DNA from: Candidatus Nanosyncoccus sp.
GTDB taxonomy: Bacteria > Patescibacteriota > Saccharimonadia > Saccharimonadales > Saccharimonadaceae
DNA length: 53,007 nt
Direction: 5' to 3'
Assembly (NCBI GenBank): GCA_045642865.1
Contig: JAZUJS010000081.1
Coordinates: 1-53,007 of the forward strand
The notes beneath the pieces were generated by a model, which was not told where the DNA came from, ran no database searches, and worked only from the letters and a program-made list of their open reading frames with translations. Below are positions 7,801 through 17,873 of this stretch, piece by piece (positions within the stretch are counted from its first letter, which is position 1; every line of letters starts with the position of its first letter). A program made the translations under genes and the position numbers.

Positions 7801-9348
7801 ATTCTTACCCGTAAAAGTAGACTGAATTACATACTCGGTTTTTTCTGTTTGTGGAATTGTCGAAAAAATGTTATGCAAAAACTTAACCGGCACTTCTTCA
7901 CCAACATTCACTTCAACCTCATCGTTTACTGTTGTAGTGGTGCCACCGTTCGTCTCTTTGATTTTTTGCTGATCGGTGCCAACGTTTACGCCGGAGATCG
8001 GGTAGTTTGCTACTTTACCGGTCACATTGATGGTGCGACAGGCGGAGGAAGAAGCTTTCTCTGATTTTTCCGGCATTCTATACAGTGTAATTTTTTCGCA
8101 AAACCGATACGAACCAGCTTTATAAAACTCGATATCATTATAGACGTCACGATGAACAAAGCGTGTACCGTTATTATTTTGATAGGGACGATTTTCGAAT
8201 TCAACCGTATACATACCAATGCGCCACTCTTTAGGAACCTCCGTGCTGGCATCTTGTTCTTCAATCAAATGGGTAAACAGCACTGGTTTATTGCTGTCTA
8301 CGGTTCTATCTGTAGAATTGGCTGATTTGCAGACACCATTAGAGCATTCGTCTTTGCCGTCGGGAATATTATAATAACCCTGATTTTCTAGATCATCAAA
8401 AGAATAGTCGACATCGTTGAAATATACGGTGCGTTCAACCGTCCAACTAAATTGAAGTTCTTCTCCTCGGTCAGTTATGGCCTTGCCATAGCTCAAGACA
8501 TTATGGGCAAAGCTTAGTGATGTTTTTTCTCCAACTTTAATATCCAAAGCATCCATCGAGGCCATAGCATTCCGCTTATATCTCCCCGTCTCATCTTTTT
8601 TCATTTCAAGCGATTGTTTATATTCACCACCACTCGCCACGCGGGAGTTGGTAACCTGTTCAGTATTCGGATCATAGCAGAACCAGCCAAGAGTACTGTC
8701 ATCTTTCCATTCGAGACCATCCGGAATAAAGGTTGGGTGATGCGTACGCATCGCATTAAACACCTTTTTAGCATCATCCCATGTAGTATACTCCACGGCA
8801 GTCACACCATTCGGTAAAAAACGCGGAGTGATTGAGGTCGGATAGTCATAATTTGAGAGATCATTGCTTCTTAGTTTCGAATCGCTACCAACAAAAAAGC
8901 GCGTTTCGCCCCAGTTTGGCATCGTTCTGCCATCACTACTAGTTCCACCAATATTGCCAATCTGCGCCGTACCAATTTGAATACCAAGCGACTCATCCTC
9001 GTCAGAAGTTTCACCAATGCGATACATCTCATAGCCAAGATGATAAAATTGCCCAACATCTGTGCAGAGTGCGCTGATTTCTTTACCCGGAGCATTACCA
9101 CCGCCCGGCATCTTAAAAGAGCCCGTCACCTGATCGCGGTCGATTTTATACAAAACCCAAGAGACGCCAAAGCAAGTATCCCAATGCCTTTCGCCAACAT
9201 TGCCACGGCATTTACCATTCCCGCTCGGATTGTAGCCAGAACCCGCATCACCACCTGCAGCGTAGGTATTGTTACTCATGAACACAACTTGGATTAAAAC
9301 AAGAAAAACGGTAAGCAGAAATATTTTACTATTACACCTCATCTTCAT
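4795..9348 (-). CDS. Giant secreted or surface protein (about 1517 aa) with three Cys-paired repeat domains; adhesin-like
   Basis: Signal peptide ending ..TYA-A; repeats F.HN...F...G.Y.FCE.IT...S.AC.T; start moved from TTG 9375 to ATG 9348 because TGcTAACAT lies 7 nt upstream. Confidence 0.75.
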   Translation of the reverse strand: MKMRCNSKIFLLTVFLVLIQVVFMSNNTYAAGGDAGSGYNPSGNGKCRGNVGERHWDTCFGVSWVLYKIDRDQVTGSFKMPGGGNAPGKEISALCTDVGQFYHLGYEMYRIGETSDEDESLGIQIGTAQIGNIGGTSSDGRTMPNWGETRFFVGSDSKLRSNDLSNYDYPTSITPRFLPNGVTAVEYTTWDDAKKVFNAMRTHHPTFIPDGLEWKDDSTLGWFCYDPNTEQVTNSRVASGGEYKQSLEMKKDETGRYKRNAMASMDALDIKVGEKTSLSFAHNVLSYGKAITDRGEELQFSWTVERTVYFNDVDYSFDDLENQGYYNIPDGKDECSNGVCKSANSTDRTVDSNKPVLFTHLIEEQDASTEVPKEWRIGMYTVEFENRPYQNNNGTRFVHRDVYNDIEFYKAGSYRFCEKITLYRMPEKSEKASSSACRTINVTGKVANYPISGVNVGTDQQKIKETNGGTTTTVNDEVEVNVGEEVPVKFLHNIFSTIPQTEKTEYVIQSTFTGKNGTDYEVNGLESKTVNGSGIINSKEKNNVIYGMKNRVMDYVISESGPGGNRQFIRVNSGTVTFNNPGTYKFCEMITITSEEPRRSSKACKTITAKDDASEYMSRSRVSKGTNTSSGSTQTSIASSGSVTDTVNIKKGETIRVAFAHNIFASKKISSSVKWKLTRTDAIYSPSSNYTLKATGPSDYSTGESGSSTAGSNPINVSQDGRYTTERQYKNSSGTAFLVRDVYDITFNQNGSYQFCETITVAEGKASTTACKTVNVNENGGNDDDGDDDGGDPTPEQPSQGSCPGLTAMTQSGTEGHVQVSSSVQNVSIGSGPSSLVYAKPGDQVEFNNCYYPGVQATANTEVTNPIHSPSDSNQHPVRDRTGSNAYKSKNYYDKNSEGQRFEQEVSGQLVTKPISTVISWQNQYTISASNFDSYNSGTKTFTFGDYGVKTLADQHWVLPSEVGKTLNETIESGYPTQVKINEPSSHSWMCLDAQYKEKIPEDDPEYDPEGLPEQYKYIDADLDCTHQYVTFAYNNDRKNATSSVVVPYNYINTNTTSFLTNKAYTGETATIEVNVVNQKRQNNTTNGFYATKSPNTQARLYTFYSDWDQSFTNGHTSYSDDSCSGSDRQDCNQVAFASKDINDSSNIDGSEERVIVNAFPIKDVGAGKYFCAVAAVYPATSGYDTNMSTNGDGQWYIGQPVCKVIAKKPSFQIWGGSLFSNGLIQASVSNKIPAGYSSTRSFGSWSEQGIITNYGTIGMATGAAYGYTSNLNGNLTLDPGGSASTDYCKNIPLTFPNNCVSGSNKNARLGATNGLGSFRNAIYSSFVASKNLKVVNDTSIDLANAAYYNEDDDTRYTQLNGANTRIVSSMPLSITKSHVIYSTGTITIGSNLLYEDQVYTNPNQIPEYVIYAKSINIECGVQEVNAWLVTEGTINTCSDVSDVNAAGRSNQLVINGVIVADKIDLGRTYGAGTGKYSAIPAEIIKLSPFAQLYSKSESTEKPTIYTTYRRELAPRY

Positions 9349-9373
9349 AGTTCTTATGTTAGCATTTTTAAAC

Positions 9374-9409
9374 AAAAAAATAAACCCCCCAATTTAATAT
9401 TGGGGGGTT
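9374..9409 (-). terminator. Intrinsic terminator of the PT-repeat gene
   Basis: AACCCCCCAAT/ATTGGGGGGTT stem with T-run on minus strand. Confidence 0.75.
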
Positions 9410-9424
9410 CGCGAGAGAATATGA

Positions 9425-10435
9425 TCAGTTCAAGACATCTGTGTAAAGCACGCCGTATTCCCGATCGTAGATGGGGCCTTCATCGTAAAATACTTTGGGG
9501 TCCCTTGGAATATTATGCCATATTTCTTTACCTGTGTCAATATCGAACTGACGTTCGATAAGATAGTAAAAATAATATGTGCGGCTTTCGCCTTTTTTCA
9601 TGGCGCTTACCGTATAGATTAGTGCCTGAATATTATACGTCTCTTCTTCGGTATAATCATAGTCTGATACGTAAGCCATCATGTCCCAGCCATGCTCTTT
9701 GCCCCACTTGATGCAATCCTTAGCTGCGTCCTCGCCGGTCTTCTCCATTGCGTAATATACGTCGTGGGGATCATCCCAGCCATTAGGAATGTTCTTCGCC
9801 GGAGCCTTGGTGGGCTTCGGGGTAGCTGTGGGTTCGGGTGTAGCTGTGGGAGCCTTAGTTACCTTAGGAGCCTTGGTGGGCTTCGGGGTAGCTGTGGGCT
9901 CAGGTGTAGCTGTGGGAGCCTTGGTAGGCTTCGGGGTAGCTGTGGGTTCAGGTGTAGCTGTAGGAGCCTTGGTTACCTTAGGAGCCTTGGTAGGCTTCGG
10001 GGTAGCTGTGGGTTCTGCAGTGGGTTCCTGAGTAGGTGTAGCCGTAGGAGCTACAGTGGCAGTCGGAACCTTAGTGGGTTCTTCTGTGACTGTGGGCTCT
10101 GCGGTAAGTACCGGTGTAGCCGTAGGCACTACAGTGATTTCCTGGGTAGGAGTTGCTGTAGGTTCAGCGGTAGGGACCTTGGTAGGCTCTACTGTTGCTG
10201 TGGGCTCTGCGGTGGGTTCTGCTGTGGGCTCTGCGGTGGGTTCCTGAGTAGGTGTAGCCGTAGGAGCTACAGTAGCAGTCGGAAGAAGTGCCTCAAGATT
10301 GAGGTTTGTCTTCGTTGAATCCGAGTCGTAAGCGCTCGGAGCTACCGTAACGATTTCATTGGGCTCACACGATCCGACCGTGAGGGCCATGACCATGCTT
10401 AATAATGCTGCAATTATTCTCTTGAAAATGTACAT
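9425..10435 (-). CDS. Lipoprotein with Pro/Thr/Ala-rich (PT-repeat) stalk and small C-terminal domain
   Basis: Signal peptide with lipobox-like VGS-C; many PTATP/PTAEP/PTKAP repeats; SD AAGGAGG upstream. Confidence 0.75.
   Translation of the reverse strand: MYIFKRIIAALLSMVMALTVGSCEPNEIVTVAPSAYDSDSTKTNLNLEALLPTATVAPTATPTQEPTAEPTAEPTAEPTATVEPTKVPTAEPTATPTQEITVVPTATPVLTAEPTVTEEPTKVPTATVAPTATPTQEPTAEPTATPKPTKAPKVTKAPTATPEPTATPKPTKAPTATPEPTATPKPTKAPKVTKAPTATPEPTATPKPTKAPAKNIPNGWDDPHDVYYAMEKTGEDAAKDCIKWGKEHGWDMMAYVSDYDYTEEETYNIQALIYTVSAMKKGESRTYYFYYLIERQFDIDTGKEIWHNIPRDPKVFYDEGPIYDREYGVLYTDVLN
9801..10285. repeat. Intragenic tandem repeats encoding (A/E)PT(A/K)(T/E/A)P units
   Basis: Recurrent GGTAGCTGTGGG / GGCTTCGGGGTAGCTGTGGG / GGAGCCTTGGT units. 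Confidence 0.9.
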
Positions 10436-10499
10436 AACATTTCCCTCCTTTGTTTTTTTTGCGGTCTTTGACCGTGTGTATCAAAAATGTTATATCTTA

Positions 10500-10528
10500 A
10501 TTATACACCATTTCATAAAGAATGTCAA
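10500..10528 (-). promoter_or_regulatory. Consensus sigma70 promoter of the PT-repeat gene
   Basis: TTGACA-17-TATAAT on the minus strand. Confidence 0.8.
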
Positions 10529-10591
10529 GAAGCTTATGTAAAAATCTAGTTTTTCGTCTTAGATGGCGCAGATAATCCACAAAAAAACGAC

Positions 10592-10629
10592 AAAAAAACA
10601 ACCCCCGCCGGGCAGGTGGGGGTTGTTTT
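10592..10629 (-). terminator. rpoBC terminator
   Basis: AAAACAACCCCC/GGGGGTTGTTTT stem 12 nt after the rpoC stop. Confidence 0.8.
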
Positions 10630-10641
10630 GGGTTGAGCTGA

Positions 10642-13600
10642 TTAGAGCTCGGCGATTTCCTCTTCGGTTGGTTCACCTTCGGAAACGATTTCGGTTTCGG
10701 TTTCGATTGGGGTGACACCAGTACCGACTGGGATCTTGCGGCCGATGATGACGTTTTCCTTGAGGCCGTTCAAGTGGTCGACACGACCATTGATGGCGGC
10801 ATTAATGAGAACGCGAGTTGTATCCTGGAAGGATGCGGCAGACAAGAAGGAGTCGGAGAAGATGGACACCTTGGTGATACCGAGAAGGAGGTTGGTCCAG
10901 GTTGCTGGGGTTTTGCCAGCAGCTTCGAGTTCCTTGTTCTCGGCAACAACAGCAGCCTTGGAAACGATATCGCCAGCGACAAATTCGGAATCGCCTGGTT
11001 CATTGATTTGAACACGGGAGAACATTTGGCGGACGAGAATCTCAAGGTGCTTTGGTGAAATTTCATGACCCTGAGCAGCGTAGACATTCAAGACATCGTT
11101 CATGATGTAGCGCTCGGTTGCTTCGGTGCCCTTGTACTTCAAGAGATCTTGAAGGTTCAAGGAACCAGTTGTGAGACGATCACCAGCGGTGACAGCATCG
11201 CCAGATTTGACGACGAGTTCAGCATCGCCTGGGATTTCGACGCGGACTGGGGAGGTTGCAGAAGCGACAAGTACGATTGCATCTTTGACGAGTTCAACGA
11301 CACCATCGAATTTGGCCTTGATTGCGGCATTCTTGCCATCTTTCTTGGCGAGGGTGGCGCCAGCCTTAACGGTTTGGCCATCCTTGACTTCAGCTTTGCG
11401 ACCAGCGAGTTCGTAACGTTCGATTTCGCCAGATTGCGGGGTGATTTGAGCGATATAGCGATTGCCGTCTTCCCAAGTTTCGACAATACCGTCGATTGGG
11501 GTGATGTAGGCTTGACCTTTAGGGTTGCGGGCTTCGAGAAGCTCCTCAACACGAGGAAGACCACGGGCGATAGCACCAGAACCTGCAACACCAGAACCGT
11601 GTTTGGTATCGAGGGTAAGCTGGGTACCTGGTTCACCAAGGGATTGAGCGGCGATTACGCCAACTGGTTGGTGAGCGGCGACGAGGTTACGAGTTGACAT
11701 ATCAACACCGTAAGCCTTGCGTGGGATGCCATTCACTGCGGTGGTTGAGAGGACGGATTGAATCTTGACAGATTGAATGTTTTCGTCAGCATCAATTTGA
11801 GCAGCAATGTCATTAGTGATGAGTTCATCAGCTTCGATGTAGCCTGGGACAGCTTCGGCAGTGTAGCGACCAGCGATACGGGCGGCAAAGCCAATACCGG
11901 AGAGTTCGGTTTCGTTGCGGAAGACAGTGAAGCCTGGATCTTCGGCTTCTTCGTCGATCGTAAAGACGTCTTGGGAGACATCAACGAGACGGCGGGTCAA
12001 ATAACCAGAGTCTGCAGTACGAAGAGCGGTTGACACCTGACCTTGACGTGCACCACGAGTGGCGATGAAGGATTCGAGGGTGTTGAGACCTTTCTTGTAG
12101 GAAGACTTGACTGGGAGCTCGATTTCGTTGTTGTTAATATCGACCATGATACCAATTTCAGCGGATGCGAGCTTAATGTTGGAAATGTTACCACGAGCAC
12201 CAGAGTTAACCATGACTGCGATGTCGGTATCCATTTCAGCAAGTTTGCTGGAAAGGAAGTCGGAAATCTTCTTATCGATATCACGCCAGTTGGCAATGGT
12301 GAGTTTGTAACGTTCTTCTTCAGTGACGAGACCTTCGTTGAATTGTTCCTGGATAAGAGCGGTCTTTGCGTCGCCTTCGGCCAAGAAGTCGTCGATTTCG
12401 TCGTAGGTTGGATAATCGTCCTTAGCGGTTGAGATGGAAGCGATAGTTTCATACTCAAAGGCAAGATCCTTCAAAGCATCAGCGGTCTTAACGGTCATTT
12501 CGGCGCCATACATATCGAAGATGTTGGCCATGACTTTGGAGAGGTGCTTCTTGGTTTGGACTGAGTTATCGTATGGATAATCTTCTGGGAGAATTTCGTT
12601 GAAGATTACGCGACCGAGGGTGGTGTTGCGGATTTCCTTCTTCGCGAAGACGCGGATTGGGGTTTGCAAGTGGATTAAGCCTTGGTCGTAGGCCATTTCA
12701 GCTTCATAGACAGAGCTAAATGGTTTGACAACACCTTGATCGGTGCCTGGTTTGTCGTAAGTGAGGTAATATGCACCAAGTACGACATCCTGGTAAATAG
12801 CGAGCACTGGCGCGCCATCGGCAGGTTTCAAGAGGTTCTTACCAGCAGCCATGAGTTCACGAGCTTCAGCTTGCGCAGCGTCGGAAAGTGGAAGGTGGAC
12901 TGCCATTTGGTCACCATCGTAGTCGGCGTTGAAGCCTGATGCTACGAGTGGGTGAAGCTTGATAGCTTTACCATCGATCAAACGTGGTTGGAAGGCCTGA
13001 AGTGAGAGACGATGCAATGATGGTGCACGGTTCAAGATCACGTATTTGCCTTTAATTACTTCGTCAAGAGCATCCCAGACAACGGTTTCCTTGGCTTCAA
13101 TTAGGCGAGAAGCGGCGCGGATGTTGTTGGCGTGTTCGTTGGCGATGAGCCATGAAATGACGAATGGTTTAAAGAGTTCGAGGGCCATTTGCTTTGGCAA
13201 ACCACATTCGTGGAGTTGAAGTTCTGGACCGACGACAATCACTGAACGACCAGAGTAGTCAACGCGCTTACCAAGAAGGTTCTGGCGGAAGCGACCCTGC
13301 TTACCTTTGAGGAGGTCGGAAAGTGATTTAAGTTTGCGGCGACCGTTTTGAGTGTTGGCGCTATGTGAGGATGAGTTATCGATGAGAGCATCGACGGCTT
13401 CCTGGAGCATGCGCATTTCGTTGCGGCAGATAACTTCTGGAGCGTTAAGGTCGAGAAGTTTCTTCAAACGGTTGTTACGGTTAATAACACGACGATAAAG
13501 ATCGTTCAAATCGGAAGTTGCGAAGCGGCCACCAGGAAGAGCGATCATTGGGCGTAGATCTGGTGGGATAACTGGGATAACAGTTAAGACCAAATCGTTT

Positions 13601-14469
13601 GGCTTAATGCCGGCAGCCTGCATACCTTCAATAGTTTTGAGGCGCTTAGCAATTTTCTTCTCTTTTTGACCCTTAGCTTCTTCAGCTTCTTTGCGGAGAC
13701 TTTCGATTAATTGATCCATGTCGATTTCATCAAGCATTTTCTTGATGGCGGTTGCACCCATTTCAACAGTGATCAAATCTTCGTATTCTTCTGGAAGATT
13801 ACGATATTCAACTTCGGTGATCGTGCCACCTTTCTTGAATGATTCGAGCATACCTTTGCGGAAGGTGTAGTCAGATTCAAGTTCTTCGAGCTCTTTTGCT
13901 TGAGCTTCGGCGAGAGCTTTGACGTCGGCACCGTCAGCTTTGGATTCTTTGTCATAGCGCAAGCGGATAGCTTCGCGTGCGGCAATGGTTTGACCTTCGA
14001 GTGATTCGAGAGTCTTAGCGATTTCGTCTTCTTTGACTTCAGTCATCAAATAGGTTGCAAAGTAAACAACTTTTTCGATATTCTTGACGGTAATATCAAG
14101 AAGAAGGCTGATTGCAGAAGGCGTGCCACGCATGAACCAGATATGTGCTACTGGTGCAGCGAGGGAGATGTGGCCCATACGTTCGCGGCGGGAGATAGAT
14201 TTGGTAACGAGGTTACCTTCCTTATCGACGGCAGCTTCACGTGAGCGTACACCTTTAATTTTTGAATCATGTGGATTGATATCTTTGGTTGGACCGAAGA
14301 TGCGTTCACAGAAGAGACCATCACGTTCAGGTTTCTGAGTACGGTAGTTGATGGTTTCTGGCTTTGTGACTTCGCCATAGCTCCAGTTTAGGATATCGTC
14401 CGCATTGGCCACTGTTAGACGGATTGAATCAAAGTCAGAGGCGCTGATAAAATTATCCATCCAAGCCAT
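10642..14469 (-). CDS. rpoC: RNA polymerase beta' subunit
   Basis: [65 protein letters not shown]. Confidence 0.99.
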   Translation of the reverse strand: MAWMDNFISASDFDSIRLTVANADDILNWSYGEVTKPETINYRTQKPERDGLFCERIFGPTKDINPHDSKIKGVRSREAAVDKEGNLVTKSISRRERMGHISLAAPVAHIWFMRGTPSAISLLLDITVKNIEKVVYFATYLMTEVKEDEIAKTLESLEGQTIAAREAIRLRYDKESKADGADVKALAEAQAKELEELESDYTFRKGMLESFKKGGTITEVEYRNLPEEYEDLITVEMGATAIKKMLDEIDMDQLIESLRKEAEEAKGQKEKKIAKRLKTIEGMQAAGIKPNDLVLTVIPVIPPDLRPMIALPGGRFATSDLNDLYRRVINRNNRLKKLLDLNAPEVICRNEMRMLQEAVDALIDNSSSHSANTQNGRRKLKSLSDLLKGKQGRFRQNLLGKRVDYSGRSVIVVGPELQLHECGLPKQMALELFKPFVISWLIANEHANNIRAASRLIEAKETVVWDALDEVIKGKYVILNRAPSLHRLSLQAFQPRLIDGKAIKLHPLVASGFNADYDGDQMAVHLPLSDAAQAEARELMAAGKNLLKPADGAPVLAIYQDVVLGAYYLTYDKPGTDQGVVKPFSSVYEAEMAYDQGLIHLQTPIRVFAKKEIRNTTLGRVIFNEILPEDYPYDNSVQTKKHLSKVMANIFDMYGAEMTVKTADALKDLAFEYETIASISTAKDDYPTYDEIDDFLAEGDAKTALIQEQFNEGLVTEEERYKLTIANWRDIDKKISDFLSSKLAEMDTDIAVMVNSGARGNISNIKLASAEIGIMVDINNNEIELPVKSSYKKGLNTLESFIATRGARQGQVSTALRTADSGYLTRRLVDVSQDVFTIDEEAEDPGFTVFRNETELSGIGFAARIAGRYTAEAVPGYIEADELITNDIAAQIDADENIQSVKIQSVLSTTAVNGIPRKAYGVDMSTRNLVAAHQPVGVIAAQSLGEPGTQLTLDTKHGSGVAGSGAIARGLPRVEELLEARNPKGQAYITPIDGIVETWEDGNRYIAQITPQSGEIERYELAGRKAEVKDGQTVKAGATLAKKDGKNAAIKAKFDGVVELVKDAIVLVASATSPVRVEIPGDAELVVKSGDAVTAGDRLTTGSLNLQDLLKYKGTEATERYIMNDVLNVYAAQGHEISPKHLEILVRQMFSRVQINEPGDSEFVAGDIVSKAAVVAENKELEAAGKTPATWTNLLLGITKVSIFSDSFLSAASFQDTTRVLINAAINGRVDHLNGLKENVIIGRKIPVGTGVTPIETETEIVSEGEPTEEEIAEL

Positions 14470-14470
14470 A

Positions 14471-17400
14471 TTAGAACTCCTCTCCGAGGTCGACCATACC
14501 GTCGTCCTCTTCTTCAGTTATTTGGATACCTTCTTCTTCCATCATAGCTTCGGCTTCTTCATCGTCGAGATCTACGATTTCTGGTTCAGTATCTTTCTTG
14601 TGTTGATCATAAATTGATTGATCATCTTTGGTTTTTTCGATTTCACGAGATGTCTTTTCGATTACATCGCCTGCATCAGCGGCATTACCGTGATCCAAGA
14701 GATCGACTTTAAGGCCGAGACCCTGAAGTTCTTTAACGAGAACATTGAAGCCTTCTGGGAGCTTTGGACCCTCGATTGGTTCGCGCTTAATGATTGATTC
14801 ATAAGCTTTAGCACGTCCGTAGACATCATCTGATTTAATGGTGAGCATTTCCTGAAGCATGGTAGCAGCACCGTAAGCTTCGAGGGCCCACACCTCCATT
14901 TCACCGAAGCGCTGACCACCGTTCTGAGCTTTACCACCGAGAGGTTGTTGAGTAACCATGGTGTAAGGACCAGTTGAGCGGGCGTGAATCTTATCTTCGA
15001 CCATGTGGTGAAGCTTAAGCATGTGCATCACACCGACTGAGGTGCGTTCTTCAAATGGTTCACCGGTGAGACCGTCGAAGAGTTGGACACGACCATCGCG
15101 GGCGAAGCCAGCTTTTTCGAGCTCGTCGGAGATTTTTTCATCTGGGACACCGTTAAATGATGGGGTTGCGACCTTGTAGCCAAGTGCGCGAGCTGCCATA
15201 CCAAGGTGAGTTTCGAAGAGCTGACCGAGGTTCATACGAGAAGGCACACCCATTGGTGAAAGAATCACATCGATTGGAGTACCATCTTCCATAAATGGCA
15301 TATCTTCTACTGGAAGAACGCGGGAAACGACACCCTTGTTACCGTGGCGACCTGCCATCTTATCACCGACGCCAATTTTGCGCATTTCAGCGACGAAGAT
15401 TTTGATTTGCATGATCACGCCGGCTTTGAGTTCGTGGCCTTGTTCGCGAGTGTAGACGCGGACGTCGACAACTTTACCAGTTGAAGAACCGTTCATACGG
15501 ACTGAAGTATCGCGGACATCTTTGGCTTTTTCACCGAAGATAGCACGGAGGAGGCGCTCCTCTGAGCTAAGTTCTTGTTCACCCTTTGGAGTGATTTTAC
15601 CAACGAGAATATCACCAGGAACAACTTCGGAACCGACAGTAACGATACCGTCTTCGCCAAGGTGGCGGAGAGAGTGCTCAGAAACATTTGGAATATCACG
15701 AGTGACTTGTTCTGGACCAAGCTTAGTTTCACGAACCTCAACGTCGAAATCTTTGATGTTGATTGAGGTCAAGGTATCATCTTGGATAAGGCGGTTAGAG
15801 ATAACGATAGCATCATCCATGTTGTAACCACGCCATGGCATGAAGGCAACGAGAAGATCTCGACCAAGGGCGAGTTCTTCGTCATTGATAGAGGCACCTT
15901 CGATGAGGACGGTTCCCTTCTTAACCTTTTCGCCACGAGCAACGATGGTGCGTTGGTTGTAACAGCGATCGTCATTGGTCTTTTCGAAGTGGACAAGCTT
16001 ATATTCCTTATCACCACCCTTATCATAGGTAACGATAACTGATTCACCATCAGCTTTCTTAACTACACCATTACCTTCGGCAACGATAAGTTGGGAAGTG
16101 TTCTTAGCAACTTCTTTTTCGATACCAGTACCAACGATTGGGTTGTCTTGGAGAAGAAGTGGCACTGCCTGTTTCTGCATGGCGCAGGCCATGAGAGAAC
16201 GGTCGACACGGTTTTTCTCGACGAATGGAATGAGGGATGCAGAAGTACCAAGAATTTCTTTATGGGCTGCATCAATATGGGTAACGTTCTTGGATTCAAC
16301 CTGTGCAGGAGCACCGTGAACACGAGCAGAGACCCATTCTTCGACGAATTTGCCGTCTTTATCAAGTTTGACAGAAGCATCGGCGATAATCATATCGTTT
16401 TCGGCAGCTGCATCGACGTAAATTACTTCATCGGTTACCTTGCCATTCTTAACGACACGGTATGGCGCTTCGATAAAGCCATATTCGTTGATACGAGCGT
16501 AGGTTGCAAGGTTAAGCACGAGACCCACGTTGCCACCTTCTGGGGTTTCAACTGTACAGATACGACCGTAGTGGGTTGGGTGAGCATCACGGACATCGAA
16601 GCCGGCGCGTTCACGAGTCAAACCACCAGGACCCATTGAAGATAGACGACGCTTGTGGGCGAGTTCTGAGAATGGGTTGGTTTCATCCATAAGTTGTGAA
16701 AGTTGGGAGCTAGCAAAGAATTCTTTGACGGCTGCGACAACTGGACGAGAGTTCAAAAGTTGTGATGGAGTAACTTCCTCTGGGTTTGCCATCGACATAC
16801 GGTCGAGGATGTTGCGTTGCAAACGAAGCATACCAAGACGGAATTGACGTTGGACGAGCTCGCCGACGAGTTTGACGCGGCGGTTTGAGAGGGAGTCGAT
16901 ATCATCAGCTGGCTCTTGAGTGTTGTTCAAACGGATAATTTCAGCAACGATAGCACAAAGATCATCCATTTGGAGAGTGCGATGCTCTGGATCGTTTGGA
17001 GTATCAAAGCCGAGACGGCGATTGATTTTGAAACGACCAACATTAGAGTAATCGTAACGCTTTGGATCGAAGAAAGTGCGCTCAATCATTGATTTTGCGT
17101 TTTCAACCGTGGCGAGATCGCCTGGGCGAAGACGGCGGTAGACTTCGAGAAGAGCTTCACCTTGGGTTGAGGTGGTGTCTTTGTCGAAGGTTGCATCAAT
17201 AAATTTAACTTCACCATTATCAACTTTCTCGAAACGAGCCTTGATGTCGGACTTGGTCAAGCCAAGAGCGCGCATAAGGGTAGTAACAGGAACTTTGCGG
17301 CGGCGATCGATTTTAACGTTGATCGAGCCATTAGCTGCGGTTTCAAACTCAAGCCATGCACCACGGCCAGGAATAACCTTAGCGCCGTAGAAATTCTTGA

Positions 17401-17848
17401 GGCCAATGCGTTCTGCAGTAAAGAAAACACCAGCAGAGCGAATGAGCTGTGAAACGATAACGCGTTCGGTACCGTTAATAATGAAGGTAGCACGATCAGT
17501 CATCCATGGATAATCACCAAAGTAAATATCTTGTTCCTTCTTGGTGCCGGTCACTTTGTTTTCGAGTTCGACCAACACGTGGAGAGGAGCTTCGTAGCTG
17601 GCGAGATTATACTTAGCATCGCGCTCAGATTCCTTTGGCTCTTTAAAATAGTAATCTTTGAAACGGAGAGAGAGTTTTTGGCCGGTGTAATCGTCGATTG
17701 GATTAAGCTCGGTAAAAATCTCGCGGAGTCCGTTTTTGACAAAGTCTTCCCAAGAATCCTTTTGATGTGCAATCAAATCAGGAATTGGCAAGGCCTGGTC
17801 ACCTTCGGTGAAAAATACACGTTCACCGGTAGTAGGTTTAGTACTCAC
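14471..17848 (-). CDS. rpoB: RNA polymerase beta subunit (GTG start)
   Basis: SQLSQLMD..NP.SELAHKRRLS, GDKMAGRHGNKG, GGQRFGEMEVWALEAYGA. Confidence 0.99.
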   Translation of the reverse strand: MSTKPTTGERVFFTEGDQALPIPDLIAHQKDSWEDFVKNGLREIFTELNPIDDYTGQKLSLRFKDYYFKEPKESERDAKYNLASYEAPLHVLVELENKVTGTKKEQDIYFGDYPWMTDRATFIINGTERVIVSQLIRSAGVFFTAERIGLKNFYGAKVIPGRGAWLEFETAANGSINVKIDRRRKVPVTTLMRALGLTKSDIKARFEKVDNGEVKFIDATFDKDTTSTQGEALLEVYRRLRPGDLATVENAKSMIERTFFDPKRYDYSNVGRFKINRRLGFDTPNDPEHRTLQMDDLCAIVAEIIRLNNTQEPADDIDSLSNRRVKLVGELVQRQFRLGMLRLQRNILDRMSMANPEEVTPSQLLNSRPVVAAVKEFFASSQLSQLMDETNPFSELAHKRRLSSMGPGGLTRERAGFDVRDAHPTHYGRICTVETPEGGNVGLVLNLATYARINEYGFIEAPYRVVKNGKVTDEVIYVDAAAENDMIIADASVKLDKDGKFVEEWVSARVHGAPAQVESKNVTHIDAAHKEILGTSASLIPFVEKNRVDRSLMACAMQKQAVPLLLQDNPIVGTGIEKEVAKNTSQLIVAEGNGVVKKADGESVIVTYDKGGDKEYKLVHFEKTNDDRCYNQRTIVARGEKVKKGTVLIEGASINDEELALGRDLLVAFMPWRGYNMDDAIVISNRLIQDDTLTSINIKDFDVEVRETKLGPEQVTRDIPNVSEHSLRHLGEDGIVTVGSEVVPGDILVGKITPKGEQELSSEERLLRAIFGEKAKDVRDTSVRMNGSSTGKVVDVRVYTREQGHELKAGVIMQIKIFVAEMRKIGVGDKMAGRHGNKGVVSRVLPVEDMPFMEDGTPIDVILSPMGVPSRMNLGQLFETHLGMAARALGYKVATPSFNGVPDEKISDELEKAGFARDGRVQLFDGLTGEPFEERTSVGVMHMLKLHHMVEDKIHARSTGPYTMVTQQPLGGKAQNGGQRFGEMEVWALEAYGAATMLQEMLTIKSDDVYGRAKAYESIIKREPIEGPKLPEGFNVLVKELQGLGLKVDLLDHGNAADAGDVIEKTSREIEKTKDDQSIYDQHKKDTEPEIVDLDDEEAEAMMEEEGIQITEEEDDGMVDLGEEF

Positions 17849-17873
17849 TAGATACCCTTCTTTTTTAGTTTAA

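Noticed and set aside
9692-10318. Plus-strand Cys/Gly-rich and GVAVG-repeat ORFs
   Set aside because: Antisense shadows of the PT-repeat gene.
16640-16730. Intrinsic rifampicin resistance in RpoB cluster I
   Set aside because: Key positions equivalent to E. coli Q513, D516, H526 and S531 are wild type.
10712-17851. Numerous antisense and alternate-frame ORFs within rpoB/rpoC (also within leuS, pheT, rpsE)
   Set aside because: Shadow ORFs caused by codon bias in conserved genes; no independent signals.
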